Assembly: GCA_963825865.1 (NCBI GenBank)
Contig: CAWGVG010000046.1
Coordinates: 13,739-77,738 of the forward strand
Direction of reading: 5' to 3'
Length of the DNA: 64,000 nucleotides
Source: an uncultured Nitrososphaeraceae archaeon
GTDB taxonomy: Archaea > Thermoproteota > Nitrososphaeria > Nitrososphaerales > Nitrososphaeraceae
This document shows positions 45,974-57,373 of this stretch, piece after piece. How positions within the stretch are numbered: position 1 is the stretch's first letter; each line of letters starts with the position of its first letter. Position numbers and translations under genes: made by a program. A model generated the notes under the pieces. The model made no database searches and was not told the DNA's origin. It worked only from the letters and a program-made list of their open reading frames with translations.

Positions 45974-46234
45974 TCAACAAATCTTGTATATTATTGGGCC
46001 TAGCTTTTGCAGGTGGGAGTTATTATGCTGGTATTGCCAAGACCATATAGATTGACTATATGATGACCATGTCTCTTTCCAACTAAAATGACAACTATTA
46101 CAGCTCTTCAATTGACTAGAACTAGTATCATCTATTCTATGTCTTTGAATTCTTAAACTGTCGGCTGACTTACAATTAGGACAGCAGTAGTAAGATGACA
46201 CTTTTGTAAGCTGATCAACCCCAAACTGAACCAA
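45974..46234 (-). CDS. Small Zn-ribbon protein
   Basis: CPNC...CNSCHFSW. Confidence 0.5.
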   Translation of the reverse strand: MVQFGVDQLTKVSSYYCCPNCKSADSLRIQRHRIDDTSSSQLKSCNSCHFSWKETWSSYSQSIWSWQYQHNNSHLQKLGPIIYKIC

Positions 46235-46843
46235 TTATATTATGAAATATTGCTACCTTCTATTATATAAGATTTGTCACGTAAAATCATCTAGTGCCTA
46301 ACTACAAACACTATCTTAAAAATATCCTGTAGTTAGATATCGCCATCAATATTCTTGTGTTGGATCTATTATTATTACTATCACTAGTAGCGTCAAGTCA
46401 CCACAGTAGACATAAAAAGCTACTACATGAAATTCTCATAGCTCGTTCCTTTTTCACGTCTGCTCAGTAGTGGATGACCATACAAAGTATAGGACAGTAC
46501 TATCAGGTCAGACATTAGTATAAGAACTTGCTAGTCGATCCGACATTGAAGATTTCTGTAAATGGCGTAGAAATATCTACGAGAGGTAAACGAATAACAG
46601 ACAGTAATAGGGTTGATGATGTTATTCGGAATTCAGGTCTAAATATGGCGAAGGGCAAGTGAAAAAGTATTATAGTAAATTTGATGTGGCAGTCGAGGCT
46701 CTGCTCTGACAGCTCTTATCAGAAATCCCTTAGGTTATGAATTATGTTGTTCAATCATATATCTGTGATTCTGAATATTTTTGACGCTTAGCCAATAAAG
46801 GAAAATAAAGTTAACAAAAAAGAATATCATGGTAACACCATCA

Positions 46844-47611
46844 TCACACCGTCTGGCCTCCATCAACGACCATGGTATGCCCTGTGACGAAGGAAGCCGC
46901 ATCCGAACATAACCAGAGGACGGCCGAGGCGATCTCTTCTGGCTGACCCATCCTTCCGACCGGCTCCTGTGAGATCATCGCTTGGCGGCCTTCAGGAGTG
47001 CCGCCGCTGAAGCGCTGGATCATCGGGGTGTCAATCATTCCGGGGGCCACGGCGTTGATGCGAATATTCGACTGAGCGTAGTCGAGGGCAGCTGCCTTGG
47101 TCAGGCCGATCACACCGTGCTTCGCAGCGACGTATGCGGCTTCCGCCTTGAATCCTTTGACACCGGCGCCAGAAGAGGTGTTTACGATGGCGCCGCCTCC
47201 CTGCTTGAGCATCAGCGGAATTTCGTGCTTTAAGCACAGAAATACGCCGCGCAGGTCAGTATCGACCACACGATCCCACTCTTCGACTGCAAGTTCCGCT
47301 GTCAGTGCCATCTTCTGTTCTACGCCTGCATTATTGAAGGCGAAGTCAAGACGTCCGAAGGTTTCGATGGCCTGTCCAAGACAGTTCTTCACATGTTCTT
47401 CTGTTTGAGATACATCGCACTTGACTGCAAGCGCTCGTCCTCCTGCCTCTTTGATGATGTTGGTCGTTTCGTGGCTCCCCTGCTCTGAAATATCGGCGAC
47501 GACAACGCTAGCGCCTTCGAGTGCAAAAGCAATCGCAGTAGCTCGGCCAATGCCACTTGCTGCTCCGGTCACAAACGCAACCTTTCCTTTGAAGTTATTA
47601 TTACTCTTCAT
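46844..47611 (-). CDS. Short-chain dehydrogenase/reductase (GC-rich, intact)
   Basis: [30 protein letters not shown]. Confidence 0.95.
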   Translation of the reverse strand: MKSNNNFKGKVAFVTGAASGIGRATAIAFALEGASVVVADISEQGSHETTNIIKEAGGRALAVKCDVSQTEEHVKNCLGQAIETFGRLDFAFNNAGVEQKMALTAELAVEEWDRVVDTDLRGVFLCLKHEIPLMLKQGGGAIVNTSSGAGVKGFKAEAAYVAAKHGVIGLTKAAALDYAQSNIRINAVAPGMIDTPMIQRFSGGTPEGRQAMISQEPVGRMGQPEEIASAVLWLCSDAASFVTGHTMVVDGGQTV

Positions 47612-47621
47612 AATCACTTTA

Positions 47622-47720
47622 CTAGATTTTATAATTAATTTTGATTATCCTGTATTGCTCGTCGCTAAGCTTTTGCATCCAGTATGCCAAGTTGGTGTCG
47701 AGTTGTTCATGAATAGCGAT
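47622..47720 (-). pseudogene. C-terminal fragment of a second cupin
   Basis: IAIHEQLDTNLAYWMQKLSDEQY matches the upstream cupin [23 protein letters not shown]. Confidence 0.7.
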
Positions 47721-47726
47721 CGTTTG

Positions 47727-47777
47727 TCATATGGTCGAAATCTACAAGTCGCTCTTTCCAAGTTTGCGTTTTTGCAT
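47727..47777 (-). pseudogene. N-terminal fragment of an aldo/keto reductase
   Basis: MQKRKLGKSDL*IST preceded by AGGAGG Shine-Dalgarno. Confidence 0.6.
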
Positions 47778-47791
47778 TGTTCCGATACCTC

Positions 47792-48418
47792 CTATTTCGC
47801 CCCTACTCTGGCTTGGTATTGCTCGTCGCTGACCTTTTCCATCCAAGTTTCGATCGTGCCGTTGAGATGTTCCTGAATGGCAATAAGGGTCGCGGCAGTG
47901 GTTGGAGTTGCTCCGTGCCAGTGCTTTACGCCAGGTGGGATCCAAACTACGTCACCAGGACATATTTTTACAACAGGATTACCTTCAACTTGTGCTAATC
48001 CACAACCAGCAGTCACGACAAGTAGCTGACCTAGTGGATGGGTGTGCCATGCAGAACGTGCACCAGGCTCAAATGTTACACTAACTGCATCCAATCTTGC
48101 TGGGTCTTTAGCTCTAAACCATGGGTCAACGATAACGCTGCCAGTGAAATGCTCGGCCGAACCCACAAAGGAAGGTTGTGAACCAGCTCTTCTGATTTCC
48201 ATGCTCGAAGTTTGATTTGTTACATTACCTTGCGTCGTCGTATCTTGTATTGACTCATTTGTATTCTGTGCTATAGGTGAAACAGATTGGTCTTGTCGCT
48301 GTTGGGTTTGTCCTTGAGCAAACATCGGATTTCCTGTTCCATCATACATTGCAATTATGTCAAATGCCAGTGCTGACAGAATTGCACATCTTGACAGTTT
48401 CGTTACCTTATCATTCAT
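47792..48418 (-). CDS. Cupin-domain protein with N-terminal extension
   Basis: [35 protein letters not shown]. Confidence 0.9.
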   Translation of the reverse strand: MNDKVTKLSRCAILSALAFDIIAMYDGTGNPMFAQGQTQQRQDQSVSPIAQNTNESIQDTTTQGNVTNQTSSMEIRRAGSQPSFVGSAEHFTGSVIVDPWFRAKDPARLDAVSVTFEPGARSAWHTHPLGQLLVVTAGCGLAQVEGNPVVKICPGDVVWIPPGVKHWHGATPTTAATLIAIQEHLNGTIETWMEKVSDEQYQARVGAK

Positions 48419-48600
48419 AGAACTGCATTGTATTCTAAATCAGATAAGACTTTATTTCTGTATTCACTCAAGATAAAATACATAATCAATTTTTTACTTA
48501 GTTTATGGGAATTAATGATGCTATGTATTTTTCCGCGTTTGTAACAAGATGAAATAAATAGAAAGTCAAAATCAAAAACAAAGAAAGAAAGAGATTCTAT

Positions 48601-48792
48601 CTATTCATTCTTTTTTATTAGCTTGCGGAAATGGTCGGTATTGTTTATAACTTCATTCCATGATTGCTCTGTATAACCATGTACTTCCATGCCATGCTTC
48701 TTTGCATTTTGCAATAGCTCTTCGGTTTCTCCGTACATTGTGTGGGTGCAAACAGGATCTCCTGCGTCTTTGCAGTTCAGACTTAATGTCAT
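48601..48792 (-). CDS. DUF1059-like small metal-binding protein
   Basis: CKDAG..C...EELL...HGMEVHG. Confidence 0.75.
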   Translation of the reverse strand: MTLSLNCKDAGDPVCTHTMYGETEELLQNAKKHGMEVHGYTEQSWNEVINNTDHFRKLIKKNE

Positions 48793-48910
48793 TTTTTTGG
48801 TACCAATAACTCACTCGCTATCGATGTCAAAGGTTTCTCGGTCAAGCTTGTAAAGACTTCACTCACTTCCTCAACTTATAATCTAAAAGATCGTTATTAT
48901 TTCATCATAA

Positions 48911-49508
48911 TCAAGTAACCTTAATACTTACTTCTATTGCATCTCGTACATTTGGAGTAAACTCCAATGTAGTTTCGATAGTTTCACTTTTGTATATTCC
49001 ACCAGAACTCCTTACATACTCCAAATAATCTAGCATTTCATTTTTGGAGACTTCTACGTTATCTGCAACAATTACAGCACCTTTATTCAGAGCCTTGTCT
49101 TCAGCTAACTTCAGGTATGTCAAATATTCATCTTTGGCTGCATCTAAAAATAACAAGTCAAATTTCAAATCAAGCTTGGGAATTACTTTTAAAGCATTAC
49201 CAACTATAACATTTATTATCTCTGAAAGGCCAGCATCATCTATATTTTTTCTTGCGATATCTGCAACTGATCTGTCTATTTCTATAGTTACTATTTTTCC
49301 ATCTGCTTGAAGAATATCAGTAGCAGCAGTAGTAGCCATCAGTATAGCAGAGTAACCATACAAAGTACCAACCTCAAGAATGTTTTTTGGATTATATTTT
49401 TTGATAATTTCTGTTATGATTCTACCTTTGACAGGGCCTATAGATGGAACAAATTCATTTTTGACCATCTTTTCAAGACGTCTAAGAACGTCTGATGGCT
49501 TAGCCATA
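48911..49508 (-). CDS. O-methyltransferase (class I SAM)
   Basis: ILEVGTLYGYSA, TIEID, FDLLFLDAAK, IVADNV. Confidence 0.9.
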
Positions 49509-49547
49509 TTAACTTCTTGGTCATCATTATAATTATTACCAGTAGTA

Positions 49548-49880
49548 TTAGATCTCAAAAATATCTGATTCCTTTGTAGTCATGGGTCCTCTTCTTGCTT
49601 CAGGATTTACTTCGTCCATACTTTTTGCTAACTGAGCAAGTTTTGGATTTGAAAGCAGTTTATTAATTTGCGCTAGCTCATAACTAGACCTGATTACAAC
49701 TCCTCTTTTCTTTGTAGCAGAGCCAGATGAATCAACAGGATTTATTTCAATAGCTAAGGAAGGAGCTATCGATTTTAGTCCAGGTAACCTAAGTAAGAAT
49801 ATGCCAGGTATACTGGTAGCTTTCCTTTCCCAGTCCTTACCTTCTTTTATAAATTTGGTTAGTCTCTGATCAGCAGACAT
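49548..49880 (-). CDS. Conserved archaeal hypothetical protein
   Basis: DWERKATSIPGIFLLRLP...AIEINPVD...KKRG. Confidence 0.65.
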   Translation of the reverse strand: MSADQRLTKFIKEGKDWERKATSIPGIFLLRLPGLKSIAPSLAIEINPVDSSGSATKKRGVVIRSSYELAQINKLLSNPKLAQLAKSMDEVNPEARRGPMTTKESDIFEI

Positions 49881-50030
49881 ATACACTGTATGATCAAAGG
49901 TATTGAAGTAATAGTTCTTTAATAATATATATAGTATATTCATGGCATGTCAACAAGAGATAGGATCTGAACCTATGATGACTCTAAGACATGAATTTTA
50001 ATAGATCTTCTTTTTTAACTAAAAGTACAT

Positions 50031-50498
50031 ATGTCAACTACTGCTAGTCAAAAGACAATGTTCTCCAGAATACTAATTGCAATAGATGGCTCTGATGCGT
50101 CAATGGATGCAGCAGATTATGCTGTATCTATATCTGAACAATATAATGCAGAACTTCTTTATGCTTTGCATGTTATACACCCAGCTGACGCTGATTTATT
50201 TGGATCAACTGGAGAAATGACAACAGCAGCTTACAATACAATAGACATGAACAAAGAAGCTCAGAAATATTTGGATAAGGTTAAACTCAAAGCAAATGAA
50301 AAGAATATTCCGATAAAAACAGAAATTATTGCTTCTACAAATACAGCAGGAGGTATAGTAGATTATGCTAAAGATAAAGATGTTGATCTGATCGTTGTTG
50401 GAACAAGAGGAAGATCAGGTTTCAAGAAAATACTACTTGGAAGTGTTGCTTATAAAGTAGTAACTTATTCACATTGTCCTGTAATGGTAGTGAAATAG
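50031..50498 (+). CDS. Universal stress protein
   Basis: ILIAIDGS, DLIVVGTRGRSG, LLGSVA, CPVMVVK. Confidence 0.93.
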   Translation: MSTTASQKTMFSRILIAIDGSDASMDAADYAVSISEQYNAELLYALHVIHPADADLFGSTGEMTTAAYNTIDMNKEAQKYLDKVKLKANEKNIPIKTEIIASTNTAGGIVDYAKDKDVDLIVVGTRGRSGFKKILLGSVAYKVVTYSHCPVMVVK

Positions 50499-50591
50499 TT
50501 ATTTTACTTCAAACCTTTCAGATAACAAAATCAAAAAACAATAATTACAATTTTTGGTTTTAGATTCATTCATTCATTAGACAATCGCGCG

Positions 50592-50782
50592 CGATAAAGC
50601 TTGTATTTTTTCTCTCTTCTATCTTCTGTCTGCTGTGAAGTATTCCATGCTTCTCTTAGAATTGCAGTCAATCCAACCAGACATTTCTAGTACTCCTCTG
50701 GCAGCCTTTCGTCTATGTATCTTCTGATGTTTTCCTTTGATTGCTGTTTGAGGTAATCCAAGTCTCTGCTTATTGTAGACTC
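50592..50782 (-). pseudogene. Middle fragment of the multi-copy HTH family
   Basis: ESTISRDLDYLKQQSKENIRRYIDERLPEEY*KCLVGLTAILREAWNTSQQTEDRREK. Confidence 0.65.
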
Positions 50783-51122
50783 ACAAATTTTATTTATTTT
50801 ATCTTTATATGTAATAAAACAGCAGTAAGTTACTCAAGTCAAATATACAGATAAAATTGTAATAGTTGATAACTAAACTATATGAACAACACAAAAACCC
50901 TATCAGCAGTAGCTCTTAAAAGAGAAAGGCTTGAACTATGCGCTATATAGATCATCCAAATTTTCTCTAAAGAAAACTGAATAACGACATGTTGAATCCA
51001 AAATGGCGGGAATATTATGAAAGGAAAATATAGGAACATTTTTTAAATAACTCCACCCTCAAGATTTATGGGTTTTTACGCTCCTATCTCTTTGATTGTG
51101 GAGATATAATGTCTTAGATGCT

Positions 51123-51428
51123 CTATCCAGCGGGAGGAACATTACCTGTATTTGTACTAGGACTAGGACTACTGCTGTTTAGGGGAGGGTAGGCCTGAGT
51201 AATGCATAGCCTAATTTCTCTTTTTGTAGCATAACCTTTTGTGGAATCGGCATTGGAAAGACAATTCTTGAAAGTGTTATAATTGTTAGCAGCATTTTCA
51301 GCTTTACTATTATTGCTGGTTTGAGCTGATATTGGTTTAAGTGCACTTGACAATATAAAGATAGATGACAATAATATAGCGACTATTATCATAGCAACTG
51401 GCATATTCTTTTTGCTGTTGTTTTTCAT
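51123..51428 (-). CDS. Small secreted protein
   Basis: Signal peptide ending ISA-Q, two Cys. Confidence 0.6.
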   Translation of the reverse strand: MKNNSKKNMPVAMIIVAILLSSIFILSSALKPISAQTSNNSKAENAANNYNTFKNCLSNADSTKGYATKREIRLCITQAYPPLNSSSPSPSTNTGNVPPAG

Positions 51429-51474
51429 TTATTCTTTTTTTGACTTTCCTAATCTTATATAATAAACTTTGCAT

Positions 51475-51570
51475 CAGCTTATTTTTGCTTTATGAAAAAT
51501 GGAGCACCAATAGTGACTAATAGTAATTTTATAATACCTTGAACAATTCTTTATTCTTACAGATGTCTGA
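51475..51570 (+). repeat. Promoter/leader block, copy B
   Basis: Near-identical to 8736-8832. Confidence 0.85.
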
Positions 51571-51721
51571 GAACGAAGAAATTGGATGGAGAGCAGTAGG
51601 AGGTGCAGAAGAAGCTGCGCAGGAAGAAGAAGCTGCAGCACCCACAGAAGAGGAAGAGAGAAAAGAAGAATTGCAGCATAACCCCAGGAGTCTCATTCAT
51701 AGAAGTCTCAACAAAACATAA
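51563..51721 (+). CDS. Small acidic hypothetical protein
   Basis: MSENEEIGW...EEAAQEEEAAAPTEEEE; ATG position matches the duplicated leader. Confidence 0.4.
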   Translation: MSENEEIGWRAVGGAEEAAQEEEAAAPTEEEERKEELQHNPRSLIHRSLNKT

Positions 51722-52033
51722 CTACAAAATCTTTTTTTATGAATTTGTAATCAAGTGCGATTAATTAATAGTATTCAAATAATTTCAGCTTGTTGCAACA
51801 ATAAGAATCGTAAGAAACATTACTGTCAAACAAAATGAAAGATAAAAAGAAGAAGAGTTATCTTTTTCATTCATTTTGAAATCTAAACAGCACTTGTATG
51901 TAATAAAGATAGTAGTAATTCTGAACTAACCTATTGACTTAGAAAGGCTCACTGGCATGGCTCATTACTTATGACAGGCAGTAGGATATGTAGATAGGTA
52001 AATAGTATAGTAGTATATCTGGTTCGGATAGTA

Positions 52034-52330
52034 TTATTGATGAGTCTTAATTGGTAGACGAACCTCAAAGCGAGTATCTCCGGGTTTAGAAGTAAAGCTA
52101 ATATCTCCTTTGTGCATTTCAACAACAATACGATAGATAATATTCAGACCTAATCCAGTACCTTTACCTACGCCTTTTGTAGTGAAGAACTGCTCGAATA
52201 TACGTGACTGAATATCTTGTGGAATGCCTGGACCATCATCAGATATTTCCACCACTACGTTGTTATTTTCCCGCTTTGTGCGCTGCCAAATGTTTCCATG
52301 TCGTTCTCCTATAGCATCAAAGAGTCAATT
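52034..52330 (-). pseudogene. Histidine kinase HATPase C-terminal fragment
   Basis: [24 protein letters not shown]; no HisKA domain upstream. Confidence 0.8.
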
Positions 52331-52335
52331 GTAGA

Positions 52336-53368
52336 TCAATTCATACTACTTCCAAGAGATGGCGGAGTTGGATTACCAGGAATGACTGTAATTTGTACAA
52401 TGCCACTATCACTTAAGCCATTTCCATCTGTAACGGTCAATTTAAACAACATTATCGTATCAGTAGCCAGATTTGGAGCAGTAAATTTAGCTTTGGAAGT
52501 ATTAGCATCGCTTATCATAACAGAAGGGCCACCTGTCTGTGTCCATGCGAATGTCATTGGATTTCCATCTGGATCATAACTTGTACTCCCATCTAGCGTA
52601 ACAGGCGAGCCCGCGTTAACTACTAGGTTGGAAATAGATTGATGATCATTACGGGAATTAGTTACTTGTGATCTGTCGTTTTGTGATGGTGAAATTGTTG
52701 GCGATGATGTGGATATTGGGGCTGGAGAGAAAGGCGGAACCATAGAAGTAACTTTACTGCTACCCTGTGAATTTGAGTTTGATGTGCTTAGGCTATTTGT
52801 ATTACTAGAGACGTAACTAGATTGAGTGAGAATCTGTTGTATCTGTTGTTGTAGTTGCTGCTGCTGCTCTGGCTGTTGCTGTTGGGCTGCATTTGGTGAT
52901 GATGTGGATATTTGGGCTGGAGAGAAAGGCAGAACGTGTTGATCAATAGAAGAAACTTTAATACTACTATGCGGATTAGAGTTTGATGCTCCTATTTTAG
53001 CTGTATTATCATTGGAGATGGTATTATATGGTGGAATGAAACTTTGCTGCTGAAGTGGCTGGCTGCTGAATTTGTTGTGTTGGTTGTCGTAGTTGCTGTT
53101 GGGCTGCATTTGGTGATGATGTGGATATTTGGGCTGGAGAGAAAGGCAGAACGTGTTGATCAATAGAAGAAACTTTAATACTACTATGCGGATTAGAGTT
53201 TGATGCTCCTATTTTAGCTGTATTATCAGGTGCGGATGGCGTTGTTGTTGTTGTTACAGCTGGTATTTGTGATTGATCAGCATATACCATCGGAAGATTT
53301 TGAGTTAAGACTGGGACCGATAATAAAATTACTGCCATTAGAAAGAGAATTATTATTTTTGCTCTCAT
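52336..53368 (-). CDS. Secreted S/Q-rich protein with C-terminal PKD/K319L-like Ig domain (frameshift)
   Basis: Signal peptide to VYA; VTLDGSTSYDPDG..FAWTQTGGP..FKLTVTD. Confidence 0.75.
52875..53228. repeat. 137-bp intragenic direct repeat (52875-53011 and 53092-53228) plus a partial third copy near 52703
   Basis: Identical DNTAKIGASNSNPHSSIKVSSIDQHVLPFSPAQISTSSPNAAQQQ units. Confidence 0.9.
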
Positions 53369-53810
53369 TTTATAATGACCTCTTGTTGGTTATATTCAAT
53401 TCACAAACAGACAGCATGAAAACTAGCTATTTACATGGAACTCTTGTTTGTACTAATTGTCATTATTATGTGTTTTAAATATGACGATGTAACTTTGCTT
53501 TATTATGTATCTCTATGACAAATGATTTGTGGACTAACATTTTTCTATTACATTATTTTTTATAACTAAATTATTTATTGCTAACACTATTTTGTCATAA
53601 GATGCTTGTCAGATATAAGATAAGCAGGTGGTAGTAAAATATAGTTACCGCTATAGAACCCCGGTATCGAAAACCTTTTAGATATCAGGATCATTACCGT
53701 CAGGAAATTCTACACACTATAAAGGTACAAATAATCTCAAGCCAGTATGCATTATATTTAGGATAAGTTAATAAGCGTACAAATATGTCCTGCCTTTTAC
53801 GTCAAATGAC

Positions 53811-55991
53811 ATGACAATATCATCAACAGACACCAGCGTAAAGATTCTTCTTGATTTGCTAGGATATTCTTCACTTTATCCACCACAAGAACTGGCTCTT
53901 TCTAAAGGTGTTCTAGGAGGTAAAAACCTGCTTATTACCACTCCTACTGCGAGTGGCAAGACATTGATTGCAGTAATGGCTGCAATAAAAACAATTGAAA
54001 AAGGTTTGAAGGTTGTTTACCTTACTCCATTACGTGCATTAGCAACAGAAAAATATCAGTATCTTCAAAATCTTGAAAACCTTAATATTATTAGTAGAAA
54101 AATCCGAGTCAGAGTTGCTAGTAGCGACTATGATGCATCAGGAAGGGAAGTAGCTGATGTAGATGTTGTTGTTTTAACAAATGAAAAAATGGATTCTATT
54201 ATACGACATGGCAGTACATGGATCTCTGATGTCGGACTTTTCGTAGCCGATGAAGTTCATTTACTTGGTGATCGAGGGCGTGGCCCTACTCTTGAAATGA
54301 TGCTAACCAAGATACGTAAAATGTATCCTCAATCACAAATTCTGGCATTAAGTGCAACAGTTGCAAATTCTGATGATATTGCAAAGTGGCTTGGATGTGA
54401 ACTTATTGAAAGTAACTGGAGGCCAACAAAGTTGGTAGAAGGGGTCTATGAACACGGCATAGTTCGTATGAATGACGGAAATCAATTCAAAATAGAAACC
54501 TCTTCAAGTGTTTCGTCTGCTGTAATAGATATTGCGATTGATTCTCTTGATAACGGCGGACAGGCACTAGTTTTTGCAGAAACTCGTAAAAGAGCATCTT
54601 CACTTGCTGCTAAAGCAGCCGATGGCGTTTATAAGCGACTTGATAAAACTTCCAAAAAGATGGCCGAGGAGGCGTCTTCGCAGATACGTAGTAAAGGTGA
54701 CGATACGGAACTTACAAGGAATCTCTGTCAACTCATATCAAAAGGTGTGGCATTTCATCATGCAGGTTTAGGACCGTCTAGTAGAGAGATTGTAGAGGAA
54801 TCATTCAAAGCAGGTATAATCAAAGTGTTAACTGCAACTCCAACTCTGGCTGCAGGGGTTAACCTTCCTGCAAGGCGTGTCATTGTTGCTAGTATTTTAC
54901 GGTATGATTCTGATTATGGAGGGAATATCCCCATCAGTATTTTAGAATACAAACAAATTTGTGGTCGAGCAGGTAGACCAAAATATGATAGTTTTGGAGA
55001 AGCCGTTATCGTAGCTGAATCTGGGGCCAGCGCACAAGATCTATATGATCACTATGTCCTCGGTACTCCAGAACCCCTACGCTCGCAACTAACAAATGAC
55101 ATAGCGATAAGAGTTCATCTTCTCAGTACTATTGCCAGTGTTCCTGGAATGAAGAAATTTGAAATTTATGATTTATTCGGAAGCACATTATTTGCTCAGC
55201 AATACAGAAAATCAATTGTATCTTTCAAAGTTGATGCTGCATTAGGCTATCTTGAATCTGAGGATCTTATCAAATCAAAAAATGACAGATATATTGCAAC
55301 CGAATTTGGAAGACGTGCATCACTACTTTATATCGACCCACTGACTGCTGTAGAATTTAGAAAATCAATCGAATCAATTGAACAGATGCCAACAACAAGT
55401 AAAAACAATGGTAACAGCAACAACTATACTATGGGCTTTCTACATCTGATTACCAATAGTGCGGACTTTTACCCAAAACTATCATTACGAAAAAAAGACT
55501 ACGAAGAGTTGTATGCGATAATCCAACAGCATAACAACGAACTATTTTATCAAATAAGTGAATATGATTGCTCAAGAAGCTTATGGGCACTTTATGAGTG
55601 GATTAATGAAACTAGCGATAGAATGTTAAATGACAAGATTGGAGTTGAACCCGGCGATATGCATAGAATGGTAGAGATCAGCGAATGGCTTGCTTACTCC
55701 TTATACGAGGTCGCCAAACTACTTAAACGCGAAGATTTGCTATTATCAATACACAATCTTCGAATTCGAATAAAATATGGTATAAAAGAGGAACTCTTAC
55801 CACTTGTTGCACTCGAGAGAATCGGTAGAATAAGGGCTCGAGCCTTGCATGATGCTGGCTTTACAGATATGGGAAAACTTGCAAAAGCATCAGAATCAAA
55901 ACTGTCTGCTATTTCAAAAATTGGTCCTGCAGTAGCAAAGAAGATAAAAGAAAAACATGTAAAGAAAAAAAAGTCAGATATTACAACTTGA
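53811..55991 (+). CDS. hel308: Hel308/Hjm Ski2-like DNA helicase
   Basis: PTASGKT, PLRALA, DEVH, LSAT, FHHAG, TPTLAAGVN, GRAGRP, RIGRIRARAL. Confidence 0.93.
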   Translation: MTISSTDTSVKILLDLLGYSSLYPPQELALSKGVLGGKNLLITTPTASGKTLIAVMAAIKTIEKGLKVVYLTPLRALATEKYQYLQNLENLNIISRKIRVRVASSDYDASGREVADVDVVVLTNEKMDSIIRHGSTWISDVGLFVADEVHLLGDRGRGPTLEMMLTKIRKMYPQSQILALSATVANSDDIAKWLGCELIESNWRPTKLVEGVYEHGIVRMNDGNQFKIETSSSVSSAVIDIAIDSLDNGGQALVFAETRKRASSLAAKAADGVYKRLDKTSKKMAEEASSQIRSKGDDTELTRNLCQLISKGVAFHHAGLGPSSREIVEESFKAGIIKVLTATPTLAAGVNLPARRVIVASILRYDSDYGGNIPISILEYKQICGRAGRPKYDSFGEAVIVAESGASAQDLYDHYVLGTPEPLRSQLTNDIAIRVHLLSTIASVPGMKKFEIYDLFGSTLFAQQYRKSIVSFKVDAALGYLESEDLIKSKNDRYIATEFGRRASLLYIDPLTAVEFRKSIESIEQMPTTSKNNGNSNNYTMGFLHLITNSADFYPKLSLRKKDYEELYAIIQQHNNELFYQISEYDCSRSLWALYEWINETSDRMLNDKIGVEPGDMHRMVEISEWLAYSLYEVAKLLKREDLLLSIHNLRIRIKYGIKEELLPLVALERIGRIRARALHDAGFTDMGKLAKASESKLSAISKIGPAVAKKIKEKHVKKKKSDITT

Positions 55992-56031
55992 AGTAGTAGT
56001 TGTTCTAATGCGATTGCTGCACTGCTTGCGG

Positions 56032-56736
56032 TTATTGTATTTTTTTTAACATCTCGTTACCATGTGCGTCTTTTATTGATTGAACAACTCCATAGATCGG
56101 CTGCCCTTGAAAGTGATTTGCCATAGCCTCATTGTCTAGAATAATAGCAATTACTTTTCCGCTAGTAATCAAAATATTTGTTTTTATACCATTCCATATA
56201 TCAGTACCATTTAATTTGACAGCTACAGTTCCCGCCATTAAAGCACTTTTATCTGGAGTTAAACGAACTGTCGTATTGTTGGCGGCTTTCCAATTGGTTA
56301 GCTCATGGGTGTGCCAGAGTGTGCCGTCATTAAGGACATTGCTAAATTTTGTCGCAAAATTTGTTACTTTTCCTTCATTGACACTCAAACTCCAATTACC
56401 AGATAGACTAAATTTTTTCTCAGCAGTCAATTTCAAAGGATCAATGTCAGCAGGAGTGTTAGTTTTTTTTCCAGTTAGATAAATCAATGAACTTATTACG
56501 CCAGTAGCAGAGAATGTATTATTATTAGGTGTTTTTGTTGTTGTTGTTGTTGTTGTTGCTACTGCCGCCATGTTGCCACTTGTGCTTGTATTATTATTAT
56601 TATTATAAGTTGCAGCCCTTGTTGTTTCATTTGTTTGCGCAAACAGAGGAAATATGGAGACAAGGCTGCTGCCTGTCGCTACAAATAGCAATCCCATAGC
56701 CATCGCTAATGCAATAGCCAGATGTGTTCTTTTCAT
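56032..56736 (-). CDS. Secreted thaumarchaeal-type hypothetical protein
   Basis: Signal peptide, LSGNWSL, HTHEL, NHFQGQPIYGVV. Confidence 0.7.
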   Translation of the reverse strand: MKRTHLAIALAMAMGLLFVATGSSLVSIFPLFAQTNETTRAATYNNNNNTSTSGNMAAVATTTTTTTKTPNNNTFSATGVISSLIYLTGKKTNTPADIDPLKLTAEKKFSLSGNWSLSVNEGKVTNFATKFSNVLNDGTLWHTHELTNWKAANNTTVRLTPDKSALMAGTVAVKLNGTDIWNGIKTNILITSGKVIAIILDNEAMANHFQGQPIYGVVQSIKDAHGNEMLKKIQ

Positions 56737-57373
56737 CTCTATATGATAAGATGGAAAAATGAATTTTAATACTTTTAGATTCTAAACAAAGAATTATTCC
56801 ATACGTTCTTTTTTTGATAGACGAAAAATGGTAAGAATAATGTCATCTATTATATAAAAAAATACATGATATCAGTTACCTTGATTAGAATAATACACTT
56901 TAACATTATGTACATTAAATTTATACTAAGAAATGGTAACAGTAGCACAATATATTTCAAATGCGTCTTCGAAATCTTTGGCACTTTTTTCAGATATCGT
57001 GAATTTGTCTTCCCCCTCATATTCTTTCCGCATCATCTACTCTTGACCTACAGCAGATTGTTTTGTTGCTGTATAATATATTTCCATATATTATATATAA
57101 TGAACCCTTCAAACCAAATTTTTAATAGCAGATAACCAAAGCTGAAAATTATAACAGCATATATCAACTACGATTAAATACTTACATCAAAGCCATCGAG
57201 AGTTTGGAATTAGTTTCGAATTGTCATCATACATATAGGTTTTTTTGTCAGGTCTAATTTATATTAATAAATTTTATTATTTATTATCTGACCTCTATAT
57301 GTATCTAAAAATACGAACATTAGAAATTCTCTTATCCAATTATATAACATCCATATGGAGATATGAGTAGCAA

